Positions 33,113-42,046 of a stretch of 42,074 nt of DNA are shown here, piece after piece. The position numbers were made by a program, and so were the translations under genes. The notes under the pieces are model-generated. The model had not been told where the DNA came from and searched no databases. It saw only the letters and a program-made list of their open reading frames with translations. The DNA is from Patescibacteria group bacterium (GTDB lineage Bacteria; Patescibacteriota; Saccharimonadia; CAILAD01; BJGX01): contig SICB01000001.1 in assembly GCA_009691555.1 (NCBI GenBank), forward strand, positions 1 to 42,074, in the 5' to 3' direction. Position 1 is the stretch's first letter, and each line of letters starts with the position of its first letter.

Positions 33113-33180
33113 TTATTTTTTTAATTAATCTCATTAGCTATCACTTTTGATGGCAAAAGTAATATAAAACCAGCCGACTT
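33113..33180. repeat. Hairpin module H, locus B copy 3
   Basis: Identical over 68 nt to 32691-32758. It ends about 55 nt upstream of parA. Confidence 0.9.
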
Positions 33181-33235
33181 ATGGGTTAACACGACTATCA
33201 AATATCGGCGCCTAACCTGCTATAATTAGTAGCAT

Positions 33236-34000
33236 ATGGAAAGCTCAAAAAAAGTCATATCAATTGCTAATCAAAAAGGCGGAGTCGGTAAAACCACCAC
33301 CACTATTAGCGTCGCCTCCTACTTAGCTAGGTTTGGCCATAAGGTGCTTTTGGTCGATCTCGACCCTCAGGGCAACAGCACCAGCGGGCTGGCAATCAAT
33401 AAACAGGCGCTCAAGGCTAGTATTTATAACGTGCTGGTCGACAAGACCCCCGTCGCCGAAGTAATCATTAAAACCAAAATCAAGAATCTCGATATTATTC
33501 CTGCTAAGTCGGAGCTAGCCGCCGCCGAAGTCGAGGTTTCGTCTACCCCCGGCCGAGAAAAGATTTTAAAACTAGCGCTTCGGCATTTGCAGTACGATGT
33601 AATTATTATCGACTGCCCACCGTCGCTGGGATTGCTAACAATCAACGCCTTCGTGGCCAGCGATTCGGTCATTATACCCGTCCAGAGCGAGTACTATGCC
33701 CTAGAGGGCCTCTCGGAGCTACTCGATACCATCAAGCGCGTTCGGGTTGGGCTAAACCCAAGGCTCGATATCTTGGGTCTGGTGGTTACCATGCATAATC
33801 GCCGGACCAGCCTTGGCGAGCAGGTATTAGAGGAAATCAAGAAGCATTTTCCATCTAAAATATTTGACACCGTAATACCTCGCAATATACGATTAGCAGA
33901 AGCACCCAGCCATGGTAAGCCAATATACGAGTACGACAGGTTTTCCAAGGGCGCCCAGGCTTACAAGAAATTGACCAAAGAAATAGAAAAGAGGCTATAG
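33236..34000 (+). CDS. parA: Chromosome partitioning ATPase ParA/Soj
   Basis: Deviant Walker A NQKGGVGKTTT, DLDPQGN and IIIDCPPS. A TATAAT lies at 33221-33226, 10 nt before the ATG, and no SD is present. Confidence 0.9.
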   Translation: MESSKKVISIANQKGGVGKTTTTISVASYLARFGHKVLLVDLDPQGNSTSGLAINKQALKASIYNVLVDKTPVAEVIIKTKIKNLDIIPAKSELAAAEVEVSSTPGREKILKLALRHLQYDVIIIDCPPSLGLLTINAFVASDSVIIPVQSEYYALEGLSELLDTIKRVRVGLNPRLDILGLVVTMHNRRTSLGEQVLEEIKKHFPSKIFDTVIPRNIRLAEAPSHGKPIYEYDRFSKGAQAYKKLTKEIEKRL

Positions 34001-34004
34001 CATC

Positions 34005-34898
34005 ATGAGTTCAACCAACCGATTAGGCCGAGGCTTAGATGCCCTAATACCAAGCGATATCGACGATTTTGTGGCCGCTAGTCTGCCCCAGCAGCTCAAG
34101 ACCGACAAAAACAACATCCTGGAGCTCAACCCTGCCGATATTTTGCCGAATCCCCACCAACCCCGAACTGATTTTTCGAGAACCGACCTCGACGGCTTAG
34201 CGCAGAGTATTAAGCAACACGGTATATTGCAGCCGATAATCGTCATTGAAACCAACGCCGGAGTGTACCAGCTAATCGCTGGTGAGAGGCGCCTCAGAGC
34301 CGCCAAACAGCTGGGTCTAACAACAATACCATCGATTGTGCGGACTTTTTCCGAACAAGAGCAGCTAGAGCTAGCTGTTATCGAAAACATCCAACGATCC
34401 GAATTAAAGCCGCTCGAGCTTGCGATTGCGTATACTAAGCTTGTTGATCAGTTCAATATGACGCACGAAGCAATCGCCAAACGTGTCGGCAAAGGGTCCT
34501 CGACAGTTTCAAATTCTATTAGGCTCGTTAATTTGCCACACGCCGCCAAGTTGGCCCTGCAAAAGGATCAAATTACTGAAGGCCACGCCCGGGCCATATT
34601 GTCGCTCGACAATTCGACCGACCAGACCATACTACTAGAGGCAATCATCAAATCTAAGCTGACGGTTCGAGAGGCCGAGGAATTTACCCGCAAACTCAAG
34701 GCTGGCAATCAAATAGAATCGCCGACCAAGGCCAAGACCATCCGAAACCAACACAGTGCTCTCACTACTAGCCTAGGCAAACTGCTCGGTACCAAAGTCA
34801 ATGTGATGCCCACCGCCAGAGGTGGCAGGCTGGTAATTGAGTACTATTCAGATGAAGAGCTGGCGCGCATAGCCGGGCAAATACAAGGCCAAGACTAG
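34005..34898 (+). CDS. parB: Chromosome partitioning protein ParB/Spo0J
   Basis: GLDALIP, PNPHQPR, the ParB box LIAGERRLRAAK, and an HTH region. Confidence 0.9.
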   Translation: MSSTNRLGRGLDALIPSDIDDFVAASLPQQLKTDKNNILELNPADILPNPHQPRTDFSRTDLDGLAQSIKQHGILQPIIVIETNAGVYQLIAGERRLRAAKQLGLTTIPSIVRTFSEQEQLELAVIENIQRSELKPLELAIAYTKLVDQFNMTHEAIAKRVGKGSSTVSNSIRLVNLPHAAKLALQKDQITEGHARAILSLDNSTDQTILLEAIIKSKLTVREAEEFTRKLKAGNQIESPTKAKTIRNQHSALTTSLGKLLGTKVNVMPTARGGRLVIEYYSDEELARIAGQIQGQD

Positions 34899-34913
34899 CC
34901 ACCTGCAGCCTAG

Positions 34914-35732
34914 TTACTGAGCTGGTTCGTATTTGGGGAGGTTCAAAAAACCAGCGTCGTTGAGTGGTGTAACTCTAAAAAAAGCCGTTCCAATTACATT
35001 TTTCTGAGGTAGCTGCCCCCAGAAACGCGAATCATAGCTGCCGCCGGGCTTGCGATTGTCGCCTATTACAAACAAGTTGCCCGGTAGCACCACTGTATCT
35101 ACTTCGCCCTCCATTTTGGTGTTTTGGTCTATGTATTTTTCTTCGGGTATAAAGCCTTCGGGGTGCTGTTCGTTGTATATTTTAAGTACGCCGTCTTTGA
35201 GGGTTACTCTCTCGCCAGGCAACCCAATAACTCTTTTGATATAGAATATTTGCATATTCTCTGGTGGCCTAAATACCAGCACATCGCCGCGAGCGTATTT
35301 TATGTAGGCCTTATCGCCAAAGAAAGAAGTGATGTTTTTGAGAGAAGATTTAGCCCTGTCTACCAACAAATAATCGGCATTGACGAAGTCGGGGTTCATG
35401 CTATTGCCATCGACATAGTAGGCTTGAAATATAAAGTTATTAATAAATATCACTACCACAGCGGCTATGATTAGTGTCTTTGCTACTTCCCAAATAATGT
35501 GCAAGGGGCCCTTTTTGGGCTGCTCGTCCGCGGACTGCTCTTCGAGCGAAGTAGCGAAATTATTGAAGTCCTTGACATCCGATTCGAGATGCTGCTGCGC
35601 GCTAGCAGATCCGACAACGGGCGTAGTTGGTTCTGCTGGTGGTTGTGTTGGCTGAATATCGGTGCCTGGCTTCAGTAGGTCAGTTTCGTCTAGTCTAGCA
35701 CTTAGGTCTGCCGATTCTTTTTCGTCTTTCAT
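34914..35732 (-). CDS. lepB: Signal peptidase I with an extended acidic/Pro-rich N-terminal region
   Basis: DGNSMNP (catalytic Ser), YIKRVIGLPGE (Lys box) and GDNRKPGGSYDSRFWG (box E). An extended -10 element, TGTTATAAT on the minus strand (35741-35749), sits 8 nt upstream of the ATG with no SD. Confidence 0.9.
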   Translation of the reverse strand: MKDEKESADLSARLDETDLLKPGTDIQPTQPPAEPTTPVVGSASAQQHLESDVKDFNNFATSLEEQSADEQPKKGPLHIIWEVAKTLIIAAVVVIFINNFIFQAYYVDGNSMNPDFVNADYLLVDRAKSSLKNITSFFGDKAYIKYARGDVLVFRPPENMQIFYIKRVIGLPGERVTLKDGVLKIYNEQHPEGFIPEEKYIDQNTKMEGEVDTVVLPGNLFVIGDNRKPGGSYDSRFWGQLPQKNVIGTAFFRVTPLNDAGFLNLPKYEPAQ

Positions 35733-35821
35733 TAGGTCCTATTATAACATTTTAGAATCACTATTTCGATGTAGTTAAAAACTATTTATTAGTACTGCGA
35801 AATCGCCTATAATATAACCAT

Positions 35822-37216
35822 ATGAAATTACACAAAACATCAAGATCTAATAAGCTTGATGGTCGCGATGACATCTCGAATTTAGCTCGAGCCGGTCGCG
35901 AAAAACCAAAAAAACATCACATCTTACGGATATCACTGATAGTGCTCGCACTGCTGGTATTATCGGCGGGTGCTTTTGCCGCAAAAACTATCATTACTCT
36001 CAATAAGGTCATCAAGCACCAGGGCGGCATCAGCGCCGACGGGCTGAAGGGCGAATTGGATTTGAGTCGGCTGAAGGGCGAAGGCGAGGGGCGCATCAAT
36101 ATTTTGCTGCTCGGCGTCGGCGATGCCGGCCACGCAGGTGCCGGCCTGACCGATACAATACTAGTAGCCAGTATTGATCCAAAAACCTATAATGTCGTAA
36201 TGATTAGCATACCGCGCGATCTGTATGTCAAGATACCAGGCTACTGGTGGAGCAAAATCAACTCCGCCAACGCTTTTGCCGAACAAGACAAAGAAGGTTC
36301 TGGGCCCGAAGTCATCAAAAAAATAGTCAGCGATGTGCTCGATATCCCAATTCATTACTATCTGAAAGTCGACTTTACAGGCCTCAAAAAGTCGGTCGAC
36401 ACGCTAGGGGGTATTGATATCAATAACCCGACCAGCCTCAATGACCCAGACTATCCTTGTGATAAAAACGAAAGCTACTCCTGTGGCTTTAAGCTCAAGG
36501 CCGGTGTTTTGCATATGGACGGAGCCTTGGCATTAAAGTTTGCTCGCTGCCGCAAGGGTACTTGCGGGGACGACTACGGCCGGGCCATCAGGCAACAGGC
36601 GGTCTTGGTGGCGATGCGCGACCAAGCATTGCAGCTCAGTAATATTTTTAATCCTGGTAAGATCAACGACTTACTTGGTATTATCGGAGATCACCTGCAG
36701 ACCGATATCAGCCTCGATGAAATGCAGCGACTAATTGCGATTGCCCGTAAGATAAACTCCAATACCATCGTCAATAAAGTTCTCGAAAACGAAGCAGAGG
36801 GGCTGGTAAAAAATAGCAATGTCGGCGACGCCAGCGTGGTCATCCCGACAGCAGGAGTAGGCAACTATAGTGCGATACAGGCTTATGTAGACAGCCTTTT
36901 GATTGATGGCTACATTAGTACTGAAGCTGCTAAGGTTGAGATAATCAGCGATGGAGCCAAGCTCGGTAGAGCCTATGCTCTTTCGGTATTGTTGAAATCG
37001 TTGGGTTATAATGTTATAAAGACTACAGCGATTGCTGAGCCAGGTGACGGCAAAACCAAGCTGATTAATTTTGCTAACGACGGCACGCCATATACTATTC
37101 AGTATCTCGAGAACAGGCTCGGGGTTCCAGTCGAAAAGCAAACCAGAGCTTCAGATCAACGGGCCGATATTAAAATTATGCTAGGAGCAGATTATCAATT
37201 TAAAAACAGCCATTAA
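35822..37216 (+). CDS. LytR-CpsA-Psr (LCP) family cell-wall glycopolymer transferase
   Basis: N-terminal TM segment followed by INILLLGVGD....TDTILVASIDP...ISIPRD. A TATAAT at 35808-35813 ends 9 nt before the ATG. Confidence 0.85.
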   Translation: MKLHKTSRSNKLDGRDDISNLARAGREKPKKHHILRISLIVLALLVLSAGAFAAKTIITLNKVIKHQGGISADGLKGELDLSRLKGEGEGRINILLLGVGDAGHAGAGLTDTILVASIDPKTYNVVMISIPRDLYVKIPGYWWSKINSANAFAEQDKEGSGPEVIKKIVSDVLDIPIHYYLKVDFTGLKKSVDTLGGIDINNPTSLNDPDYPCDKNESYSCGFKLKAGVLHMDGALALKFARCRKGTCGDDYGRAIRQQAVLVAMRDQALQLSNIFNPGKINDLLGIIGDHLQTDISLDEMQRLIAIARKINSNTIVNKVLENEAEGLVKNSNVGDASVVIPTAGVGNYSAIQAYVDSLLIDGYISTEAAKVEIISDGAKLGRAYALSVLLKSLGYNVIKTTAIAEPGDGKTKLINFANDGTPYTIQYLENRLGVPVEKQTRASDQRADIKIMLGADYQFKNSH

Positions 37217-37271
37217 GAGAGCCAATCTATTTAGCCAGGGGCAGCGACTTATTGTAACGGTCAGTATTATA

Positions 37272-38003
37272 TTGTCGCTCTTTGCGATTGGTATTTTGTA
37301 TTACACCCCATTTCCACTAATGATGATCCCGGTTGCTCTGGGCCTAAATTACCTGCTCTTTAGGCGCCTGATAGTTACCAAAAAAATCAGAACAATCATT
37401 ACCAAGTCTTTACGCCCAATTATCTGGATCGGTATTAGCTTATTTTATTTTCAAAGCGTCTATTTGATTGGCAAAATGTCAATCCCAGTATTTATTATCT
37501 GCATTGCCTTCTCTGCACTGATTTATGGCGTTATCTGTTATTTCGAGACGCAAACCCAGCCCAACCTAATGGTCGATAATATATTGACCATACTCTTTAT
37601 TTTGTTTAGTACTTCGCTTGCCAGCCTGATGGTAGCGTATTGGCACTGGCCAGCAGCCTTGGTAATGCTAATCCTCTGGGTCGTGAACTTCTTGGTGGCG
37701 CTGTGGTGGCTCCTGGATTTTACCAACAATCCCCAAATACTGGCAGCTCTGTGGGGTTTTGTAACACTCGAGATGTTTTGGCTGTCTTCTCGCTGGACGG
37801 TCCTATATCAAATACCAAATGTTCCGTTTATATTGTCGCAATACAGCATTATAATAACATCTCTGGCCTATGGCTGGGGCGGTATATACTACCATTACAA
37901 GCAACGAACACTCAAAAAGACCGTCATCGTAGAGTACCTTGCCCTGATAGTCGTGGTATTTGTTGTTCTGATAGTTATGAACCGCTGGACCGGCACAGGT
38001 TAG
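37272..38003 (+). CDS. Hypothetical polytopic membrane protein (about 7 TM)
   Basis: Consistently hydrophobic with periodic basic loops. It has a TTG start and no recognisable motif. Confidence 0.5.
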   Translation: MSLFAIGILYYTPFPLMMIPVALGLNYLLFRRLIVTKKIRTIITKSLRPIIWIGISLFYFQSVYLIGKMSIPVFIICIAFSALIYGVICYFETQTQPNLMVDNILTILFILFSTSLASLMVAYWHWPAALVMLILWVVNFLVALWWLLDFTNNPQILAALWGFVTLEMFWLSSRWTVLYQIPNVPFILSQYSIIITSLAYGWGGIYYHYKQRTLKKTVIVEYLALIVVVFVVLIVMNRWTGTG

Positions 38004-38043
38004 GCCAGGCACCAATCGGGTGTTCGATTTTTTAGCCAAGTAG

Positions 38044-38874
38044 TTACTGCTTGGCTGGTTTTTCAAAACCGAGTATTAGGTAGCTTTCAGAAAACAGAGC
38101 TAGCCCGGCTTGGTTGGCGAGCAGTTTTAATTGATCATGTTGCCAGGGGTCAGATTCGTGTAATACGATCGAGTCGGCCGTGGTGTGAGTAGATAAATCA
38201 GCATAAAAACGCCGGTAGAGGTCTAGCCCATCACCTTCGCCACCAAAGAGAGCCACAGCAGGCTCTTTTTGAACCTCAGGCTTCATATTGGGCAAGTAGC
38301 TTTTAGATACATAGGGCAGGTTGGTGACGATTGTATCAAATTGTCCCACGACGCCAGCCCAGACATCAGCTTTAATGAATTTTATTTTATTACTCGCACC
38401 AAGTATTGAGCTGGCATTGCGCTTGGCGACTTGCATAGCCTCGCCAGACACTTCGGTAGCTGTAATCAATAAATCGGGGCGGTGCTTGACAATGGCAATC
38501 GCAATAGCGCCACTACCGGTGCCGAGGTCTATTAGCTTTGAGCCAGGCTTGGCAAGCTCAATGGCTTGCTCAACAATTAGCTCGGTCTCGACTCGTGGCG
38601 ACAAGACTCTATTGTCGACAAAAAAATCGATACCATAAAACTCCAGTTGGTTGGTAATATAGCAAACTGGTTCGCGGTCGAGCCTGCGCACTATGGCGAG
38701 CTCGTAGCGCTCAGCCTGAAGCTTGGTTAGTTCGTCTTGGTCGTGGGCTATTAGCCACTCTCGGTTTTGCTTTAGGCAGTGGGCGAGCAGTAGCTCGCTA
38801 TCGAGTCGGGCGCTACTAATACCAATGCCATCTAGCCGCCGCTCGGCTGCTACTAGCGACCGACGGATTGTCAT
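38044..38874 (-). CDS. prmC: Release-factor glutamine N5-methyltransferase PrmC
   Basis: SAM motif [12 protein letters not shown] and catalytic tetrapeptide region IVTNLPYV. It overlaps prfA by 4 nt. Confidence 0.85.
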   Translation of the reverse strand: MTIRRSLVAAERRLDGIGISSARLDSELLLAHCLKQNREWLIAHDQDELTKLQAERYELAIVRRLDREPVCYITNQLEFYGIDFFVDNRVLSPRVETELIVEQAIELAKPGSKLIDLGTGSGAIAIAIVKHRPDLLITATEVSGEAMQVAKRNASSILGASNKIKFIKADVWAGVVGQFDTIVTNLPYVSKSYLPNMKPEVQKEPAVALFGGEGDGLDLYRRFYADLSTHTTADSIVLHESDPWQHDQLKLLANQAGLALFSESYLILGFEKPAKQ

Positions 38875-39938
38875 GTCTGCTCGGAGAGTATTTTATCGAC
38901 CGAAGCATTTTTAAGGGCTGTCAGGATTTCGCCGATACCACCATCCATTACTTTGTTGAGGTTATGAGTCGTGTAGCCTATGCGGTGGTCTGTGACGCGG
39001 TCTTGCGGAAAGTTATAAGTGCGGATTTTTTCGCTTCTATCGCCAGTGCCGATTTGACCACGGCGTTCGTCGCCGAGTTTTTGGGCGTCGGCTTGGGCCT
39101 GAGCATCGAGTAGTCGCGAGCGCAGCACGCTCATCGCCTTAAGCTTATTTTTGAGTTGCGATTTTTCATCTTGGCAAGTTACTACAATACCACTTGGCAT
39201 GTGAGTAATCCGCACCGCGCTGTCGGTGGTATTAACACTCTGTCCGCCATTGCCGGAGCTGCGAAAAACATCAATCCGCAAATCGTTTTGGCTAATTTCA
39301 ATATCGTGTTCCTCGGCTTCTGGCAGTACGGCAACGGTAGCGGTGCTGGTATGAATACGCCCCGCGCTTTCGGTGGCCGGCACGCGCTGCACGCGGTGCA
39401 CGCCCGACTCGTATTTGAGCGTCCCGTAGGCATTGGCTCCGCCAATTTGGGCAATAACTTCTTTGTAGCCACCGACGGGGTTGGGGTTTTCGCTTAGCAG
39501 GCTCAGCTTTAGCCCATGATCCTCGCAGTAGCGGGCGTACATTCTGAGTAAGTCGCCAGCAAAAATACTGCTCTCGTCGCCACCAGCGCCAGCTCGGATT
39601 TCGACAATGGCGTCTTTTTGGTCGTTCGGGTCGGTCGGTACTAAGGCTAGCTTAACGCTGGCATCAAGCTCTTCTAATAGGGCTCCGAGCCGTGCTATCT
39701 CCTCAGTGGCAAAGGCCTTCATCTCAGGATCATTAAGCATCGCTGTGGCCGTCTGGAGGTCGTCTTGGGCGGCAATCACCTTTTCAAACAGCGATAGCTT
39801 TTCGAGCAGCTCGCGCTGTCTATTAATTAGCTGCCCAGACTTCGGGCTAGCGTATATTTTGGCATCCCCAAGCTGACTCTCTAGGGCAGATAGCTCGTTT
39901 TTGATATTTTCAGTAGTCTTGGTATCGATGATGTTCAT
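38871..39938 (-). CDS. prfA: Peptide chain release factor 1
   Basis: The RF1 tripeptide context RVPATES (PAT) and GGQ in [12 protein letters not shown]. Confidence 0.95.
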   Translation of the reverse strand: MNIIDTKTTENIKNELSALESQLGDAKIYASPKSGQLINRQRELLEKLSLFEKVIAAQDDLQTATAMLNDPEMKAFATEEIARLGALLEELDASVKLALVPTDPNDQKDAIVEIRAGAGGDESSIFAGDLLRMYARYCEDHGLKLSLLSENPNPVGGYKEVIAQIGGANAYGTLKYESGVHRVQRVPATESAGRIHTSTATVAVLPEAEEHDIEISQNDLRIDVFRSSGNGGQSVNTTDSAVRITHMPSGIVVTCQDEKSQLKNKLKAMSVLRSRLLDAQAQADAQKLGDERRGQIGTGDRSEKIRTYNFPQDRVTDHRIGYTTHNLNKVMDGGIGEILTALKNASVDKILSEQT

Positions 39939-39941
39939 AAG

Positions 39942-39975
39942 TAAAATAAATAATACCCTTATATTATAGGGTATT
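39942..39975 (-). terminator. Rho-independent terminator after rpmE, 13 nt before the prfA start
   Basis: On the minus strand: AATACCCT-ataatata-AGGGTATT followed by ATTTATTTT. The loop contains TATAAT. Confidence 0.5.
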
Positions 39976-39994
39976 ATTGCGTGTTAGTATTAAT

Positions 39995-40390
39995 TTATTG
40001 GTCAGAAGATTCGGTTTTTGGTGCAGCTTCGGCTTCGGTTTGCGGCTTCGTTTCAGGGGTTTTGATGGCCTTAGCGGCTTTTTTGGCTGGCTTAGCGGCT
40101 TCAACTTTGTTTTGCGATTTAGCAATTTTAGCTTCTTGGCGCTTGGCGGCCTTCACAGCTTTTTTGCCCAAGGTCTGTTTTTTAGATTTGGCAGCCTCAG
40201 TACGAGCTCTAAACTGGTCAACCCGCCCAGCAGTATCTACAAGCTTTTGCTTGCCAGTATAAAACGGGTGGCACTGACTACAGACATCAACAGTTATTTC
40301 TGCGACTGTAGATGTGCTTTCAAAAGTGTCCCCGCAACCAAGGCAGGCGACTTTTGTAGGTATTAATTTGGGGTGGATTCCAGTTTTCAT
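39995..40390 (-). CDS. rpmE: 50S ribosomal protein L31 (Cys-containing type A) with a ~65-aa Lys/Ala-rich C-terminal extension
   Basis: MKTGIHPK...ACLGCGDTF...[13 protein letters not shown] forms the L31 core. It is followed by [45 protein letters not shown]... Confidence 0.9.
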   Translation of the reverse strand: MKTGIHPKLIPTKVACLGCGDTFESTSTVAEITVDVCSQCHPFYTGKQKLVDTAGRVDQFRARTEAAKSKKQTLGKKAVKAAKRQEAKIAKSQNKVEAAKPAKKAAKAIKTPETKPQTEAEAAPKTESSDQ

Positions 40391-40439
40391 AACCAGACAA
40401 TAGTATCAGATAATCGCCTCTAGGTCAAACCAAAAAAAC

Positions 40440-40820
40440 CTAGGCAGTGGCCTTGCCCAGCTTTGCCGATAGCAGTAGCTGCCTGGTTTCGCCGGTGTCG
40501 TCTGTGACCTCGGTTTTTTGGGTTTCATTATAGTAGCTTAGAAGGTAGTGGCTTAAGATTTCTTGGAGGTCTTTGCTTTTGAGCTTCTCGTCGTCGAGGT
40601 CGGCGTTGATTTTTTGAAAATCACGATCAGCCAACAGCAGTTTTTTGGCCTCAGCGCGCTTTCCCGATAGCTCCTTGATTTCTTCTTCAAGTTTTTTGTA
40701 CTCCTCGTTTTGCTCCATAGCATCCTTGAGCTGCTCGCGGATGGTTCTGATTTTTTCTTTCGACTGGGCTATTTCTGGCATTAGTCGGTGTATCGATTGT
40801 AGTGGTGTTTTGTCTTCCAT
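40440..40820 (-). CDS. Hypothetical coiled-coil protein (126 aa)
   Basis: A charged heptad-like region (EQLKDAMEQNEEYKKLEEEIKELSGKRAEAKK). An AAGGAG SD and a TATAAT lie upstream on the minus strand. Confidence 0.5.
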   Translation of the reverse strand: MEDKTPLQSIHRLMPEIAQSKEKIRTIREQLKDAMEQNEEYKKLEEEIKELSGKRAEAKKLLLADRDFQKINADLDDEKLKSKDLQEILSHYLLSYYNETQKTEVTDDTGETRQLLLSAKLGKATA

Positions 40821-40943
40821 TTTTCTCCTTGTTTGGGTATTTAAGTATTAACCATTATAGCGACTGTTTGGTATTTGGCTAGTGCTTAATTTAAATAAAT
40901 AATAAAAATAGTTGTCAGCAAACAACCAAACCAAACCAAAGCG

Positions 40944-41639
40944 CTATTTACGGGCTTGGGCGTTGCGGGCGATTTCCATAATCGTATCTTCGTCGTCGGT
41001 GATGGTATATAGGCTCATGTCGTTCTCGTCGATGGTACCGGCAGGCAGCATCAGGCCGTGGTGCATATGCCTATCGAGTGTTTCCCAAAAGTACGCTCCA
41101 ACACAGACAATCGGCACCCTGTGTATTTTACCGGTCTGAACCAGCGTTAAAATTTCATAAAACTCGTCCATGGTACCAAGGCCGCCCGGGAAATAAATAT
41201 ACATGCGGGAGGCAAAACTCAGCGTCACTTTGCGCGTAAAGAAGTACCGAAAGGGAATTAGCTGGGTAACATAGGGGTTAGTAATTTGCTCATTAGGGAG
41301 CTTAATATTGAGCCCCAGCGAATTGCCACCGGCCTCCTTGGCCCCACGGTTGGCGGCCTCCATGATGCCGCCGGCGCCACCTGTTACTATGGTATAGTCA
41401 AGCTCCTTGACGAGCCTGCCAGCCAAGCTCATGGCTTTTTTGTACTCCGGATGGCTGTCATCAAAACGTGCCGAACCAAAAAAGCTAACCTTTTTGGGGT
41501 AGTGGCTAATGAGCTCTAGACCCTGGGTTATTTCTTCGTTGATCCGGCAAACTCGTTCGCTATTTTCGTCAGTATTTTTTAGCTGGCAAGATTGTTGGAT
41601 TTCGTCTATCGTTAGCGGATCAAAGTCTCTATTGTGCAT
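40944..41639 (-). CDS. LOG family (TIGR00730-type) nucleotide 5'-monophosphate nucleosidase
   Basis: The family motifs GGAGGIMEA and PGGLGTMDEF are both present. Confidence 0.85.
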   Translation of the reverse strand: MHNRDFDPLTIDEIQQSCQLKNTDENSERVCRINEEITQGLELISHYPKKVSFFGSARFDDSHPEYKKAMSLAGRLVKELDYTIVTGGAGGIMEAANRGAKEAGGNSLGLNIKLPNEQITNPYVTQLIPFRYFFTRKVTLSFASRMYIYFPGGLGTMDEFYEILTLVQTGKIHRVPIVCVGAYFWETLDRHMHHGLMLPAGTIDENDMSLYTITDDEDTIMEIARNAQARK

Positions 41640-41863
41640 ATGCTATTTATTGTAACGCTTTTGCTTATAAAAGGGCAACTAGTATTGCCAAAAGTACCGC
41701 TAGTTATTGCCACCAATAGGCTAGTTTTGGGCTCTACATAAGCTGTTTTAGTTGTTTGTTTGTGCTTTGTTCGTCTTATAAGGTACAAACAGCGCCAGAC
41801 CTAGTGTTACCCTGATATTGTGCTACGCTACAGGTAGCGTCAAAAAAAGTATGCCAAACACTA

Positions 41864-41893
41864 TTTACAAACCAATTATGCCTATAGTATGAT
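41864..41893 (+). promoter_or_regulatory. Promoter candidate TTTACA-18-TATGAT for the small Cys-peptide ORF
   Basis: Hexamers at 41864-41869 and 41888-41893. Confidence 0.4.
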
Positions 41894-41935
41894 AGGTACA
41901 TACATCAAAAAATAAACAAGGAGGGTTAAGTACCG

Positions 41936-42046
41936 ATGCCAGAGAAGTCAAAAATATCAGGCTCCATTAAAGAAGATGATTGGGATAAGCCAATGACCTG
42001 CCCAATCGACCCAAGCGATCTCGCCGAGTGCGAGGCCTGCCAATAG
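41936..42046 (+). CDS. Candidate 36-aa Cys-containing peptide, below the ORF-track cutoff
   Basis: A strong SD (AAGGAGGG) lies 8 nt upstream of the ATG. My translation is MPEKSKISGSIKEDDWDKPMTCPIDPSDLAECEACQ. A promoter candidate lies about 40 nt upstream. Downstream context is cut by the window end. Confidence 0.4.
   Translation: MPEKSKISGSIKEDDWDKPMTCPIDPSDLAECEACQ

Noticed and set aside
32691-33180. CRISPR array interpretation of the regularly spaced palindromic hairpin modules.
   Set aside because: The sequences between the hairpins are homologous to each other, being full and truncated copies of the same 154-nt core. Spacing is irregular, the repeat units differ in length and sequence (7-12 bp stems), and no cas gene is in the window.
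33181-34900. A search for a canonical parS site (TGTTTCACGTGAAACA) near parAB and elsewhere in the window.
   Set aside because: Only isolated half-site-like fragments were seen (for example cgtgaaac at about 15137 and ggtttcac at about 21204), and no palindromic 16-mer. The parS sites may lie outside the window or be divergent, so no feature is called.
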